62,930 nt of DNA from a virus (lineage: Duplodnaviria; Caudoviricetes), in IMG/VR virus record IMGVR_UViG_3300009164_000073, positions 1 to 62,930 of that record; one strand, 5' to 3'. Positions within the stretch are counted from its first letter, which is position 1. Every line of letters begins with the position of its first letter. Below are positions 54,863-62,930 of the stretch, in pieces. The notes under the pieces are model-generated. The model searched no databases, had not been told where the DNA came from, and saw only the letters and a list, made by a program, of their open reading frames with translations. The position numbers were made by a program, and so were the translations under genes.

Positions 54863-55322
54863 AAATAATACTGAAGCAGAACTAATAGAAGGCATACTAC
54901 GACACGGTCCAGATATTTTGGAACATTGTCAAACTTCTGATGATCTAACAAAATACATCAATCGATTATCCGAAGAACATCTGCATTACCCAACTCCTAA
55001 AAATACTGTCGATATGACAAACTGGTTTATACCATACGAGTATAAAACAATGGATATTTTAGATTGGCTCTATCAGCGATGTCCAACTCCGGAAATACGA
55101 GAGAGGGTAGTTGAAGAACTTCGACTATTTGCCAAACACGATATGATTCCAGTACTTAAAGCAATGAAATATATCGTTGATACCCTGCGAGCTAATAACA
55201 TAGTTTGGGGAGTAGGGCGTGGATCTAGTGTAGCCAGCTATGTGCTTCACATTATAGGCGTCCACAAGATAGACAGCATTAAATACAATATACCAATAAC
55301 AGAGTTCTTTAAAGGAGAATAA
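54852..55322 (+). CDS. dnaE: DNA polymerase III alpha fragment (palm N-part only)
   Basis: R..EEL, GVGRGSSVAS.V...IGV..ID..KY; ends before the PDxDxD motif. Confidence 0.75.
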   Translation: MWTENNTEAELIEGILRHGPDILEHCQTSDDLTKYINRLSEEHLHYPTPKNTVDMTNWFIPYEYKTMDILDWLYQRCPTPEIRERVVEELRLFAKHDMIPVLKAMKYIVDTLRANNIVWGVGRGSSVASYVLHIIGVHKIDSIKYNIPITEFFKGE

Positions 55323-55323
55323 A

Positions 55324-55548
55324 ATGGGTAAAACTTATACAAGTATGCAGGGTAAAGAGATTGATATGGAAAAGCTCTCTTTGCAAAATGAAACAACACC
55401 GGCAGTAGGCAATGCTAAAGTTAATGCTCGCGGTGACGAACTAGGCCCAGGCGGAAAAATTGTTCGCACACGTGAACAGATTCTACAAGACTACTATGCT
55501 CAAAACTCTAGATCAGTGGACGAAAAAGCACTAAGTCGCAAAGCCTAA
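55324..55548 (+). CDS. hypothetical protein
   Basis: GGAG RBS; AVGNAKVNARGDELGPGG. Confidence 0.7.
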   Translation: MGKTYTSMQGKEIDMEKLSLQNETTPAVGNAKVNARGDELGPGGKIVRTREQILQDYYAQNSRSVDEKALSRKA

Positions 55549-55557
55549 GGAATCAAA

Positions 55558-55977
55558 ATGTCATTTGCATTTGAAGCAAAAAAGGTTAAAGTACGAGCGT
55601 TGTCTAAAGATGTCCTAGTGATCAATATGGATATGGGCGAGATGGTCACAGCAGGTGGCATCGTAGTTGCCAGCGATAACGGTAAAGCACACGGTGTCAA
55701 ACCACGCTGGGCCAAAGTTTATAAGGTTGGCAGTGAAGTTGACTTTGTTAAAGAAGGCCAATGGATTTTAATCGAACACGGCCGATGGACCCGCAAGATC
55801 AAGATCGATGACGGCGAAGGCGAGAAAGAGTTTCAGAAGGTAGAAACCAAATCAATATTACTGGTATCCGACGAACAACCTGATACTGCATATTGGGGAC
55901 AGGAATTTTCAAATGGCGACAGTATGAACATCCGTCCAGACGACTTTATGCCAGGCAATCTACAAAATTTCCAATAA
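55558..55977 (+). CDS. groES: co-chaperonin GroES-like
   Basis: TAGGIV mobile loop, V..VG, VK.G..IL. Confidence 0.75.
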   Translation: MSFAFEAKKVKVRALSKDVLVINMDMGEMVTAGGIVVASDNGKAHGVKPRWAKVYKVGSEVDFVKEGQWILIEHGRWTRKIKIDDGEGEKEFQKVETKSILLVSDEQPDTAYWGQEFSNGDSMNIRPDDFMPGNLQNFQ

Positions 55978-56213
55978 TGGGCTTTAGAAAAAATTGGGAT
56001 ATTGGTGAAGTATCACGCCAGGTACACACCATAGCCCGTGAATGTTCCAGCCCATACAATGACGGCTTTACTGCATTCGAACTTAAAAAAGATCTATACC
56101 AAATTAAGTTTATGGTTGAAGCTGCATTATCCAATTCTCCAAAATTCGAAGGCGAAGAAAACTGGTTGACAGAACAAGAAAAAAAGCGTATAATAAACAT
56201 ATTAAAATCATAA
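55977..56213 (+). CDS. hypothetical protein
   Basis: TAATG-coupled MGFRKNW...; contains an internal TTGACA-17-TATAAT (56166-56194). Confidence 0.65.
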   Translation: MGFRKNWDIGEVSRQVHTIARECSSPYNDGFTAFELKKDLYQIKFMVEAALSNSPKFEGEENWLTEQEKKRIINILKS

Positions 56214-56228
56214 TAAGAAAGTAGTGTA

Positions 56229-57020
56229 ATGAAAATTGGATTGATAGGTTGTGGATTTGTAGGCAACGCTATTGCCTGGGCGCATAGAGCAGACGAAATT
56301 ATTATACGTGATCCTAAGCTCAAAGATTCTGCTAGTTTAGATCAATTTAATAGCTGTGATGCAATCTACGTATGCGTACCCACTCCGTCGACTGAAGACG
56401 GCCACTGCGATACTTCTATTTTGGAAAGTGTTCTTAAAGAACTATTGTTTGTTAACATCAATAAACGTATTCCAATTATTTCAAAAGTAACTGCACCGCC
56501 TAGCGTTTACGAACGACTAGGCAAAGAATACCCAAATCTCGTACATTGCCCAGAGTTCTTAACTGCGGCCAATGCTATGACCGATTATCAAAACTCAGAC
56601 TACTTTGTGTTAGGCGGCGATAAAGAATACTGTGAGATGGCAAAAGAAGTTATCGAATGTGGTGTTCCGTTAGTACACGAAAAATTCCTGATGACTGATA
56701 TTAAAACTGCGTCATTATACAAATATATGATGAACAGCTATCTTGCTATGAAGGTTACATTTATGAACGACTTCAAAGCACTTGCAGATGTTCACAATAT
56801 TGAATTTGACAAACTAACAGAATTGTCTGTCTTTGATGACCGCATTGGGCACACACATATGAAGGTTCCTGGTCCTGACGGCCAATACGGTTGGGGCGGC
56901 GCCTGCTTTCCTAAAGACGTTGCTGCCATAATAATGGAAGCTATCGATCAAGGTGTTGACTTTGAGCTAATGGATCGAGTAGAATCAATTAATAAAAAAC
57001 AAAGGAAAAACAATGACTAA
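56229..57020 (+). CDS. ugd: UDP-glucose/GDP-mannose 6-dehydrogenase family (short form)
   Basis: GxGxVG, CVPTP, PEFL, D.RIG, GGACFPKD. Confidence 0.85.
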   Translation: MKIGLIGCGFVGNAIAWAHRADEIIIRDPKLKDSASLDQFNSCDAIYVCVPTPSTEDGHCDTSILESVLKELLFVNINKRIPIISKVTAPPSVYERLGKEYPNLVHCPEFLTAANAMTDYQNSDYFVLGGDKEYCEMAKEVIECGVPLVHEKFLMTDIKTASLYKYMMNSYLAMKVTFMNDFKALADVHNIEFDKLTELSVFDDRIGHTHMKVPGPDGQYGWGGACFPKDVAAIIMEAIDQGVDFELMDRVESINKKQRKNND

Positions 57021-57375
57021 CGCATTTAGAGATCAAGAGAAGTTTATGAAGGCCTGTGATCAAACAGTCGACGGCTTTAATCAAGATCAGTTTAAGCTGT
57101 ACGTGAGTTTGATCGAAGAAGAATCTGACGAACTTAAAGTTGCTATTGATAATAATGATCAAGTAGAAACACTGGATGCACTAGTTGATATTCTTGTTGT
57201 GACCATTGGTGCTATCCATTCGATGGGTGCAGATGCAGAAGGTGCTTGGAAAGAAGTTATGAGTACTAATTTTGCCAAGATTGATAAAGAAACTGGTAAG
57301 GTTCGTAAGCGTGAAGATGGCAAAGTATTAAAGCCTACAGGATGGGTTCCTCCGAATCTCAAACCATTTGTTTAA
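57013..57375 (+). CDS. MazG-like/PRA-PH NTP pyrophosphohydrolase
   Basis: LIEEE..EL, DALVD, EV...N..K, KREDGKVLKP. Confidence 0.85.
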   Translation: MTNAFRDQEKFMKACDQTVDGFNQDQFKLYVSLIEEESDELKVAIDNNDQVETLDALVDILVVTIGAIHSMGADAEGAWKEVMSTNFAKIDKETGKVRKREDGKVLKPTGWVPPNLKPFV

Positions 57376-57393
57376 ATTTTGGTTAAAAAAATC

Positions 57394-57423
57394 TAGACAT
57401 TTAAACAATGTCTATGTTATAAT
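57394..57423 (+). promoter_or_regulatory. promoter with overlapping palindrome
   Basis: TAGACA-18-TATAAT; TAGACATT-N5-AATGTCTA inverted repeat. Confidence 0.55.
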
Positions 57424-57457
57424 ACAAGAAGCAGATTTTTAAATAAAAGGACATCAA

Positions 57458-57700
57458 ATGAGTAATCATTCAGAAGCAGTAGAAGATATTAAAAAAGCTA
57501 AGGAAGCACTAAATTCTCTTAATTACCACGATCTTAAGAAGACAGCTCATCCGGATCCAGTCAAGCACAAGTATATCAGTTTTATCAAAAGTGGATTTAG
57601 GATTGCTGCCGGCTTTACTCTAGCATTTGGATTTTTACAAGGCGCTGGCTTGTTGTTAGTACTGGCTGAAATTCTAGGTATTGCCGAGGAAGTGGTGTGA
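57458..57700 (+). CDS. small membrane protein
   Basis: S..KS.FRI...AE.LGI.EE; AAGGA RBS. Confidence 0.7.
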   Translation: MSNHSEAVEDIKKAKEALNSLNYHDLKKTAHPDPVKHKYISFIKSGFRIAAGFTLAFGFLQGAGLLLVLAEILGIAEEVV

Positions 57701-57930
57701 ATATAGATGTAGAAAATGCCGCTAGTTTTTTAGCGGGCAGTATTTTAATCAGCCTCGGTATCATTATATTTGTTATTTGCTGTGTTGTTATTAATAACAT
57801 CATACACAAATATTGGAAACCTATTAACCTGTTCACACCAGACAGTTGGAAGGGATTCTTTCCTCCAGCCGAAATAAGATACATTGAACCAGAAACGAAT
57901 ACGACGACTACGTCAAAGGAAATTAAATGA
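57697..57930 (+). CDS. small membrane protein
   Basis: One TM helix; GAGGA RBS. Confidence 0.6.
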   Translation: MNIDVENAASFLAGSILISLGIIIFVICCVVINNIIHKYWKPINLFTPDSWKGFFPPAEIRYIEPETNTTTTSKEIK

Positions 57931-58847
57931 AAGAATTATGGGTAGAGAAATATCGTCCTAAGACAATAGACGGTTATGTGTTTCGAGATGAGCATCAAAA
58001 GAAACAAATACAAACCTGGATCAAAGATCAATCTATCCCGCATTTAATTTTTAGTGGTACTGCTGGTATCGGTAAAACTACAATGGCAAAGATCCTAGTT
58101 GAAGAACTAGGTATTGAGGATTACGATGTTCTAGAGATTAACGCATCACGTACAAACTCTGTGGACGATGTTCGCGATAAGATTGTTAACTTTGTACAGA
58201 CAATTCCGTTTGGTCCGTTTAAGGTCGTACTACTTGACGAGGCCGATTATCTGTCACCAAACGCACAGGCAGCACTACGTGGTGTGATGGAAGAGTATCA
58301 TCAGACTGCTCGTTTTATTCTAACCTGTAACTATCCTAATCGTATTATTCCAGCATTACATAGTCGTTGTCAAGGCTTCCACGTTGAGAAAGTAGACCAG
58401 ACTGAATTCATTGCTCGTGTTGCCACTATACTTGTTGAAGAAAACATTGACTTTGATCTTGATACATTGGATCTCTACGTTAAAGTAGCCTATCCCGATC
58501 TACGTAAATGTATTAATCTCGTACAACAAAACTGCCAAGAAGGTAAACTGATATCACCAAATCAAAGTGATGCTGGTGAGCAAGACTGGAAGTTTGATAT
58601 GGTTACTCTGTTTAAGGCGGGAAAGATCTCAGAAGCACGTAAACTACTCTGTGGTAAAATACGTTCTGAAGAAATGGAAGAAGTCTATGTGTGGTTGTAT
58701 AACAATCTAGATGTATTTGGCGATGAGCAGAAACAAGATAGTGCTGTTCTCATTATTAAACAAGGTCTAGTAGATCACGGACTTGTAATTGATACTGAAA
58801 TTAACCTTGCGGCCACAATGATTAAACTGGCAAGACTAAACGGGTAA
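57927..58847 (+). CDS. clamp loader AAA+ subunit (RFC/gp44-like)
   Basis: WVEKYRP, G.AG.GKT, LDEAD, SRC. Confidence 0.95.
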   Translation: MKELWVEKYRPKTIDGYVFRDEHQKKQIQTWIKDQSIPHLIFSGTAGIGKTTMAKILVEELGIEDYDVLEINASRTNSVDDVRDKIVNFVQTIPFGPFKVVLLDEADYLSPNAQAALRGVMEEYHQTARFILTCNYPNRIIPALHSRCQGFHVEKVDQTEFIARVATILVEENIDFDLDTLDLYVKVAYPDLRKCINLVQQNCQEGKLISPNQSDAGEQDWKFDMVTLFKAGKISEARKLLCGKIRSEEMEEVYVWLYNNLDVFGDEQKQDSAVLIIKQGLVDHGLVIDTEINLAATMIKLARLNG

Positions 58848-58850
58848 TCT

Positions 58851-59087
58851 ATGGCTGATCGTTATATGATTGTCTACTATCATCAACAGCCCGATGGTAA
58901 GTTCCTTGAATTGACAGAATTCAAAGACAATCTAAAAAGTAAAACAAAAGCAAAAGCTTCTGTAGTTCTAGATTTTAAGAAACGTAAAGTTATAAAGAAC
59001 AGCATCAATCCTGATGCTGACTTTATCTCCATTCTTGAAATGTACAAAAAACTGCTAGGGGATCAGTTGACCCCCTACCTTAACTAA
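58851..59087 (+). CDS. hypothetical protein
   Basis: ORF after the clamp loader. Confidence 0.6.
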   Translation: MADRYMIVYYHQQPDGKFLELTEFKDNLKSKTKAKASVVLDFKKRKVIKNSINPDADFISILEMYKKLLGDQLTPYLN

Positions 59088-59803
59088 GCATCTCCGTAAA
59101 TCGCTAGAACCTCCTTAACTGCTTCGTGGCGTTCCACATCTTCTGCTGTGAAGCTGCACAGATCTACGTATCTGTGATTATGGAAATTATTAAACAACCC
59201 AAGGAATTCTAGTAGGCCATTGTTGCTAGGACGATCTGCTTGTTGCAGGTCTCCAGTAACTACCATTCTAGATCCTATCCCTAACCTAGTTAACAGCATT
59301 TTCATCTGACTAGGTGTCGCATTTTGCATTTCGTCTGCAATGATTACCGCATTTTTAAATGTACGGCCTCGCATATAAGCTAGAGGACTGGTTTCAATCA
59401 CCCCTTCTGATACAAAGTTTTCAATTTCTTTAACTGAGTAATTTTCTGCGAAGACATCCATAATTGGTCTAGTCCAAGGTTCCATTTTTTCTTGCAACGT
59501 ACCTGGAAGAAACCCGTGGTCTTCATCTACCGACACTGCTGGTCTTGTAATGATAATCTTATCACAGTGACCGTATTTCAATTGATCTATCGCCCACTGA
59601 ACGGCCAGCATAGTTTTGCCTGTACCGGCTGGGCCGATGGCAAAGACTATCATTTTCTGGGGATCGTTAAGTTTGAGTAAGTAAGTTTCCTGACTTAGGT
59701 TTTTGGGATAAATTTGAACTCTACGGCGTTTGTCATCTAGACGTTGATTGATATTTATTACATTTGCCTGCAGATGCACTGCTTGCGCTCTTTTTCGCTT
59801 CAT
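59084..59803 (-). CDS. phoH: PhoH family ATPase
   Basis: GPAGTGKT, GFLPG, MRGRTF, DEMQN, TRLG, GD..Q.D. Confidence 0.95.
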   Translation of the reverse strand: MKRKRAQAVHLQANVININQRLDDKRRRVQIYPKNLSQETYLLKLNDPQKMIVFAIGPAGTGKTMLAVQWAIDQLKYGHCDKIIITRPAVSVDEDHGFLPGTLQEKMEPWTRPIMDVFAENYSVKEIENFVSEGVIETSPLAYMRGRTFKNAVIIADEMQNATPSQMKMLLTRLGIGSRMVVTGDLQQADRPSNNGLLEFLGLFNNFHNHRYVDLCSFTAEDVERHEAVKEVLAIYGDA

Positions 59804-59950
59804 ATAAGGTTAGCCCTCCTTTAAATGTGTAAGGCACGGACCTTTTAAACCGTCGTGTCCGTGTCCGAACACAAACTTATTTAACGATCTAGTCAGAATA
59901 TAATAAGTTATGTTAAATTTTTAGCTGGAATAAATACAAAGGGAGATACT

Positions 59951-60490
59951 ATGGCGAATATTAAAGACGTACTTAAAAACATAGAACAGGTCTACGGGTC
60001 TAACAACAGCTTGAATATGCTTAAAGATTTCGAGCGAGTTATTGACGAACTCGACACTTATGTATACGATAACTGGATCGACGGGGAACTTGTAGAAGGA
60101 CCTAAAGAAGGTCGATATTTTGTAGAATGCACATTTATGTGGCCTAAGGACAAAATGCCAGAACCGGTGGGCGGAATGCGTCTATTAGAGTACGGCTGTA
60201 AAGTTCAATTCAAAGAAACACAAATTGCCAAAGTCCGCAAAATTAAAAAGCCAGACGATATTCGTCCAGGTACAAAGAAAGGCAAAATTGATCACGAAGA
60301 TGTATGGATGGTCAAAATTATGATGCCTAAGAAATTAATGAACGACATCGATCGCGGTTACACTGAATTAGATAAGAATAAAGTTGAAGATGCGATCACA
60401 CAGAATGGCGGTGTTAACGCACACATCGACCCAGCAGAACAACAGGCACAGGAGATGGCTAATGCACCAGCAGAACAACCAGCAGCTTAA
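59951..60490 (+). CDS. conserved hypothetical phage protein
   Basis: GGGAG RBS, TAAATA upstream; DFERV.D..D.Y...NW..GE. Confidence 0.75.
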   Translation: MANIKDVLKNIEQVYGSNNSLNMLKDFERVIDELDTYVYDNWIDGELVEGPKEGRYFVECTFMWPKDKMPEPVGGMRLLEYGCKVQFKETQIAKVRKIKKPDDIRPGTKKGKIDHEDVWMVKIMMPKKLMNDIDRGYTELDKNKVEDAITQNGGVNAHIDPAEQQAQEMANAPAEQPAA

Positions 60491-61211
60491 CGAAGGCCTT
60501 CGTCCGCTGGACTTGAAAGAAATGATCTATCCTACCTTTAAGGTAGACACCTATCGTTCAAAGATGGGCGAGGACAAAGATATTTGTGTTCTTACATTTG
60601 AAGTTAAAGATCGTCAACCTGCTAAAGACCTAATGGAGTTTTTAGAAAAAGGCTATGACTATGTGTTAGATGCAGATGTTAGTTCGGGCGAAAATGAAGA
60701 TGGTGAATATTTTGTATTCGTTGAACTTCCAAGATCGTCTCGCCTTGCAGAACACATTAGAGAAATCACCTACGGTGTACATAAACTAACAGGTATCGAC
60801 GATTTTAAATTTAAGTACTATAAAGACGATCGTGAACACGAAGTTTCTGAAGAAACACTGAGAAATATTATTCCCGAGTCAGCATCAACATATGAAAATA
60901 TGATGACTAAGGTTAGGACAGAAGAAGTTAAAAGATTCTTTACAAAAACGCTAATGGACGATTTTACATTAGAGGGTGATGTAATTACTATACACAAACC
61001 GTTTAATCAAAAAATACAATTAAGAATGGTCAAAGAAGGGGCTGTTGATTCTATCCTAGAAGGAGTCACAGATCCGATCACTATGGATCAAGATGCTATG
61101 AGTGAAATATTTTGGCTGACTAAAGTGCTAGGTGACTACAACATCAACAAAGTTGGTGACAGTTTTATGTTTGACAACAAAGGTCAAGCAATCTTACTAC
61201 AAAGGATATAA
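60462..61211 (+). CDS. conserved hypothetical phage protein
   Basis: LNEGL...SKMG.D...DADVS.GE; start uncertain. Confidence 0.7.
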   Translation: MHQQNNQQLNEGLRPLDLKEMIYPTFKVDTYRSKMGEDKDICVLTFEVKDRQPAKDLMEFLEKGYDYVLDADVSSGENEDGEYFVFVELPRSSRLAEHIREITYGVHKLTGIDDFKFKYYKDDREHEVSEETLRNIIPESASTYENMMTKVRTEEVKRFFTKTLMDDFTLEGDVITIHKPFNQKIQLRMVKEGAVDSILEGVTDPITMDQDAMSEIFWLTKVLGDYNINKVGDSFMFDNKGQAILLQRI

Positions 61212-61213
61212 CA

Positions 61214-61840
61214 ATGGCTTTTACATTTGATTTTACTAAAGAACAACTTTCTCAATTAATTCCAGGTAATCCGTATATTGATCATTGGTACGAAGCATTT
61301 TGTACTCTGTTACCTGACTACGAAATTGATACTCCTCAACGTGTTGCAGCTTTCCTAGCACAATGCGCTCACGAGAGTGGTGGCTTTAGAGCACTAAAAG
61401 AAAACTTAAATTACAAAGCAGAAAGTCTTTGCAGAGTATTTCCAAAGTACTTTCCTAATATGGACATAGCAAATCAGTATGCTCATAACCAAGAAAAAAT
61501 TGCAAACAGAGTTTATGGCGGACGTATGGGCAATGGCCCAGAAGATTCCGGCGATGGATTTAAATACTGCGGTAGAGGCCTTATACAACTCACAGGTAAA
61601 CAGAACTATACAAAATTCGCAGAAAGCATTGATACACCAGTTGAAGACATTCCAGAATTTCTAGCAACATTCGAAGGTGCTATCCAATCAGCCTGCTGGT
61701 TCTGGGAAACAAACAACCTAAATCAATATGCAGACAAAGGTGACATACTAACAATGACCAAACGTATTAACGGTGGCACCATTGGATTAGAAGATCGTCA
61801 GAAGCATTATAATCACGCACTACACGTATTTGGAGCTTAA
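61214..61840 (+). CDS. GH19 endolysin
   Basis: FLAQCAHESGGF, GRGLIQLTG..NY, SACWFW, INGG. Confidence 0.9.
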   Translation: MAFTFDFTKEQLSQLIPGNPYIDHWYEAFCTLLPDYEIDTPQRVAAFLAQCAHESGGFRALKENLNYKAESLCRVFPKYFPNMDIANQYAHNQEKIANRVYGGRMGNGPEDSGDGFKYCGRGLIQLTGKQNYTKFAESIDTPVEDIPEFLATFEGAIQSACWFWETNNLNQYADKGDILTMTKRINGGTIGLEDRQKHYNHALHVFGA

Positions 61841-61842
61841 TA

Positions 61843-62316
61843 ATGTGGCAATTTGGTTGGATGGTTAATCTAATTCCAGATAGCATTTTAATTTGGGTTT
61901 ACTACATAATACTAGGTCTAGGTGTGGCCTGTTACGTTGCCAGCAAACTGGTTTCGTGGATCCCAATGATGGGACAATACAAATTCCCCGTAGAAGTTGT
62001 TGGAGTGATACTATTAGTCATAGGATCTTATTTCTACGGCGGCTACGGTACTGAGATGTCTTGGCGTGAAAGAGTTAAAGAATTAGAAGGTAAGGTCACA
62101 GCAGCCGAAAAGAAATCAGATGAGGCAACTGCCAAAGTCGAAATTAAAGTAGTAGAGCGCATCAAAGTTGTAGAAAAGAAAGTTGAAGTTGTAAAATTAC
62201 AGATAGAAAAAGATAAAGAAATTATCAATGCAGACTGTAAAGTTAACGAAACAGCAATAAAAGATTACAATGCTGCGATCGCTGATCCGGACGATGCTGT
62301 AAAGGAGAAAAAATGA
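61843..62316 (+). CDS. i-spanin (Rz-like)
   Basis: N-terminal TM helices plus periplasmic coiled coil with Cys; follows the endolysin. Confidence 0.7.
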   Translation: MWQFGWMVNLIPDSILIWVYYIILGLGVACYVASKLVSWIPMMGQYKFPVEVVGVILLVIGSYFYGGYGTEMSWRERVKELEGKVTAAEKKSDEATAKVEIKVVERIKVVEKKVEVVKLQIEKDKEIINADCKVNETAIKDYNAAIADPDDAVKEKK

Positions 62317-62582
62317 GAAAACTAGCATTAGTATTCTTATTGGCAGTTTTAACAGGCTGTAGCACTACTGCTCCTGTCATTATGAAGTTTCCGGAAGCGC
62401 CTCCCTCATTAATGGAACCGGGTGATAAACTAACACCGTTAACCAAGGAAAAGCCCGAACTTAGCGATCTAATAGATAATGCTAACGAGAACGCCGGAAA
62501 GTACTATCAACTGAGAGAGAAGTACAGAGCCTGGCAGGAATGGTATACACAGCAGAAACAGATATTTGATAGTATCAAATAA
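62313..62582 (+). CDS. o-spanin lipoprotein (Rz1-like)
   Basis: Signal peptide with LTGC lipobox; Pro-rich. Confidence 0.75.
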   Translation: MRKLALVFLLAVLTGCSTTAPVIMKFPEAPPSLMEPGDKLTPLTKEKPELSDLIDNANENAGKYYQLREKYRAWQEWYTQQKQIFDSIK

Positions 62583-62608
62583 ATACAGTTATAATAGGAG
62601 CGGAGTAA

Positions 62609-62930
62609 ATGACAGAACAAAGCGCAAGCGAACAAAAGAAAGAAGATTGGATGAACAGCAAATGGCGTCCAATGATGGGTTGGATGTATATGTTAGTATG
62701 TATGTTCGATATGATTTTATTTCCAATCCTGTGGAGTTTGCTACAAACAGTAACGCATACTCCGATTACCCAATGGAACCCCCTAACATTACAAGGTGCT
62801 GGATTATTCCACATCGCAATGGGTGCAGTCCTTGGAATTGCGGCATTCGGTCGTACACAAGAAAAACTAAATGGAGCAAACAATGGCGGAGCAACAGTAC
62901 CATCAAGCAACTTTACAGCACCTAGCACAC
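62609..62930 (+). CDS. 3TM holin-like protein (partial, runs off the window)
   Basis: Read by hand: MTEQ...KWRPMMGW...GAVLGIAAFGRTQEK; GGAG RBS. Confidence 0.7.
   Translation, partial: MTEQSASEQKKEDWMNSKWRPMMGWMYMLVCMFDMILFPILWSLLQTVTHTPITQWNPLTLQGAGLFHIAMGAVLGIAAFGRTQEKLNGANNGGATVPSSNFTAPST

Noticed and set aside
59056-59078. Hairpin TAGGGG...CCCCTA at the convergent junction with phoH
   Set aside because: No U-tract on either strand; cannot be supported as a terminator
62566-62928. Track ORFs 62566..62925(+) and 62575..62928(-)
   Set aside because: The real gene is the holin-like frame from ATG 62609, open to the window end
1-62930. Stop-codon reassignment (alternative genetic code)
   Set aside because: Genes are full length in code 11, all three stops are used as terminators, and no suppressor tRNA was seen

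Overview
This is a 62.9-kb segment of a large tailed dsDNA phage (jumbo/T4-like myovirus style). The host is probably a Gram-negative Proteobacterium, judging from proteobacterial-type IscU/IscA, an RNAP omega subunit, a two-component spanin and consensus sigma70 promoters. Left to right: (1) A tRNA cluster at 1-5.9 kb with 14 CCA-ending tRNAs, interleaved with at least six unexplained structured RNAs (three ~200-270 nt pseudoknot-rich RNAs and three elements closed by a related long TATA-N-AA stem, two with tRNA T-arms), rpoZ, a DIP1984-like coiled-coil gene and 2OG-Fe(II) oxygenases. (2) TraR/DksA and phosphatase genes. (3) A tail-fibre gene followed by a 16.7-kb tailoring-enzyme island: 7 radical SAM, 4 oxygenase-like, 2 PLP, 2 SGNH, GNAT, kinase-like, methyltransferase, sulfotransferase and APS kinase genes, many preceded by a TAAATA-N5-ATG leaderless late-promoter signature. 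(4) An anticodon-less tRNA mimic with its own promoter. (5) thyX, BI-1, queD with a preQ1-like pseudoknot leader, glycosyltransferases, uvsE, iscU/iscA. (6) A baseplate/tail structural block including a 3262-aa protein. (7) A split dnaE fragment, groES, ugd, a MazG-like gene, clamp loader, phoH and a lysis cassette running off the right edge. All family assignments are by eye from motifs; no searches were run.
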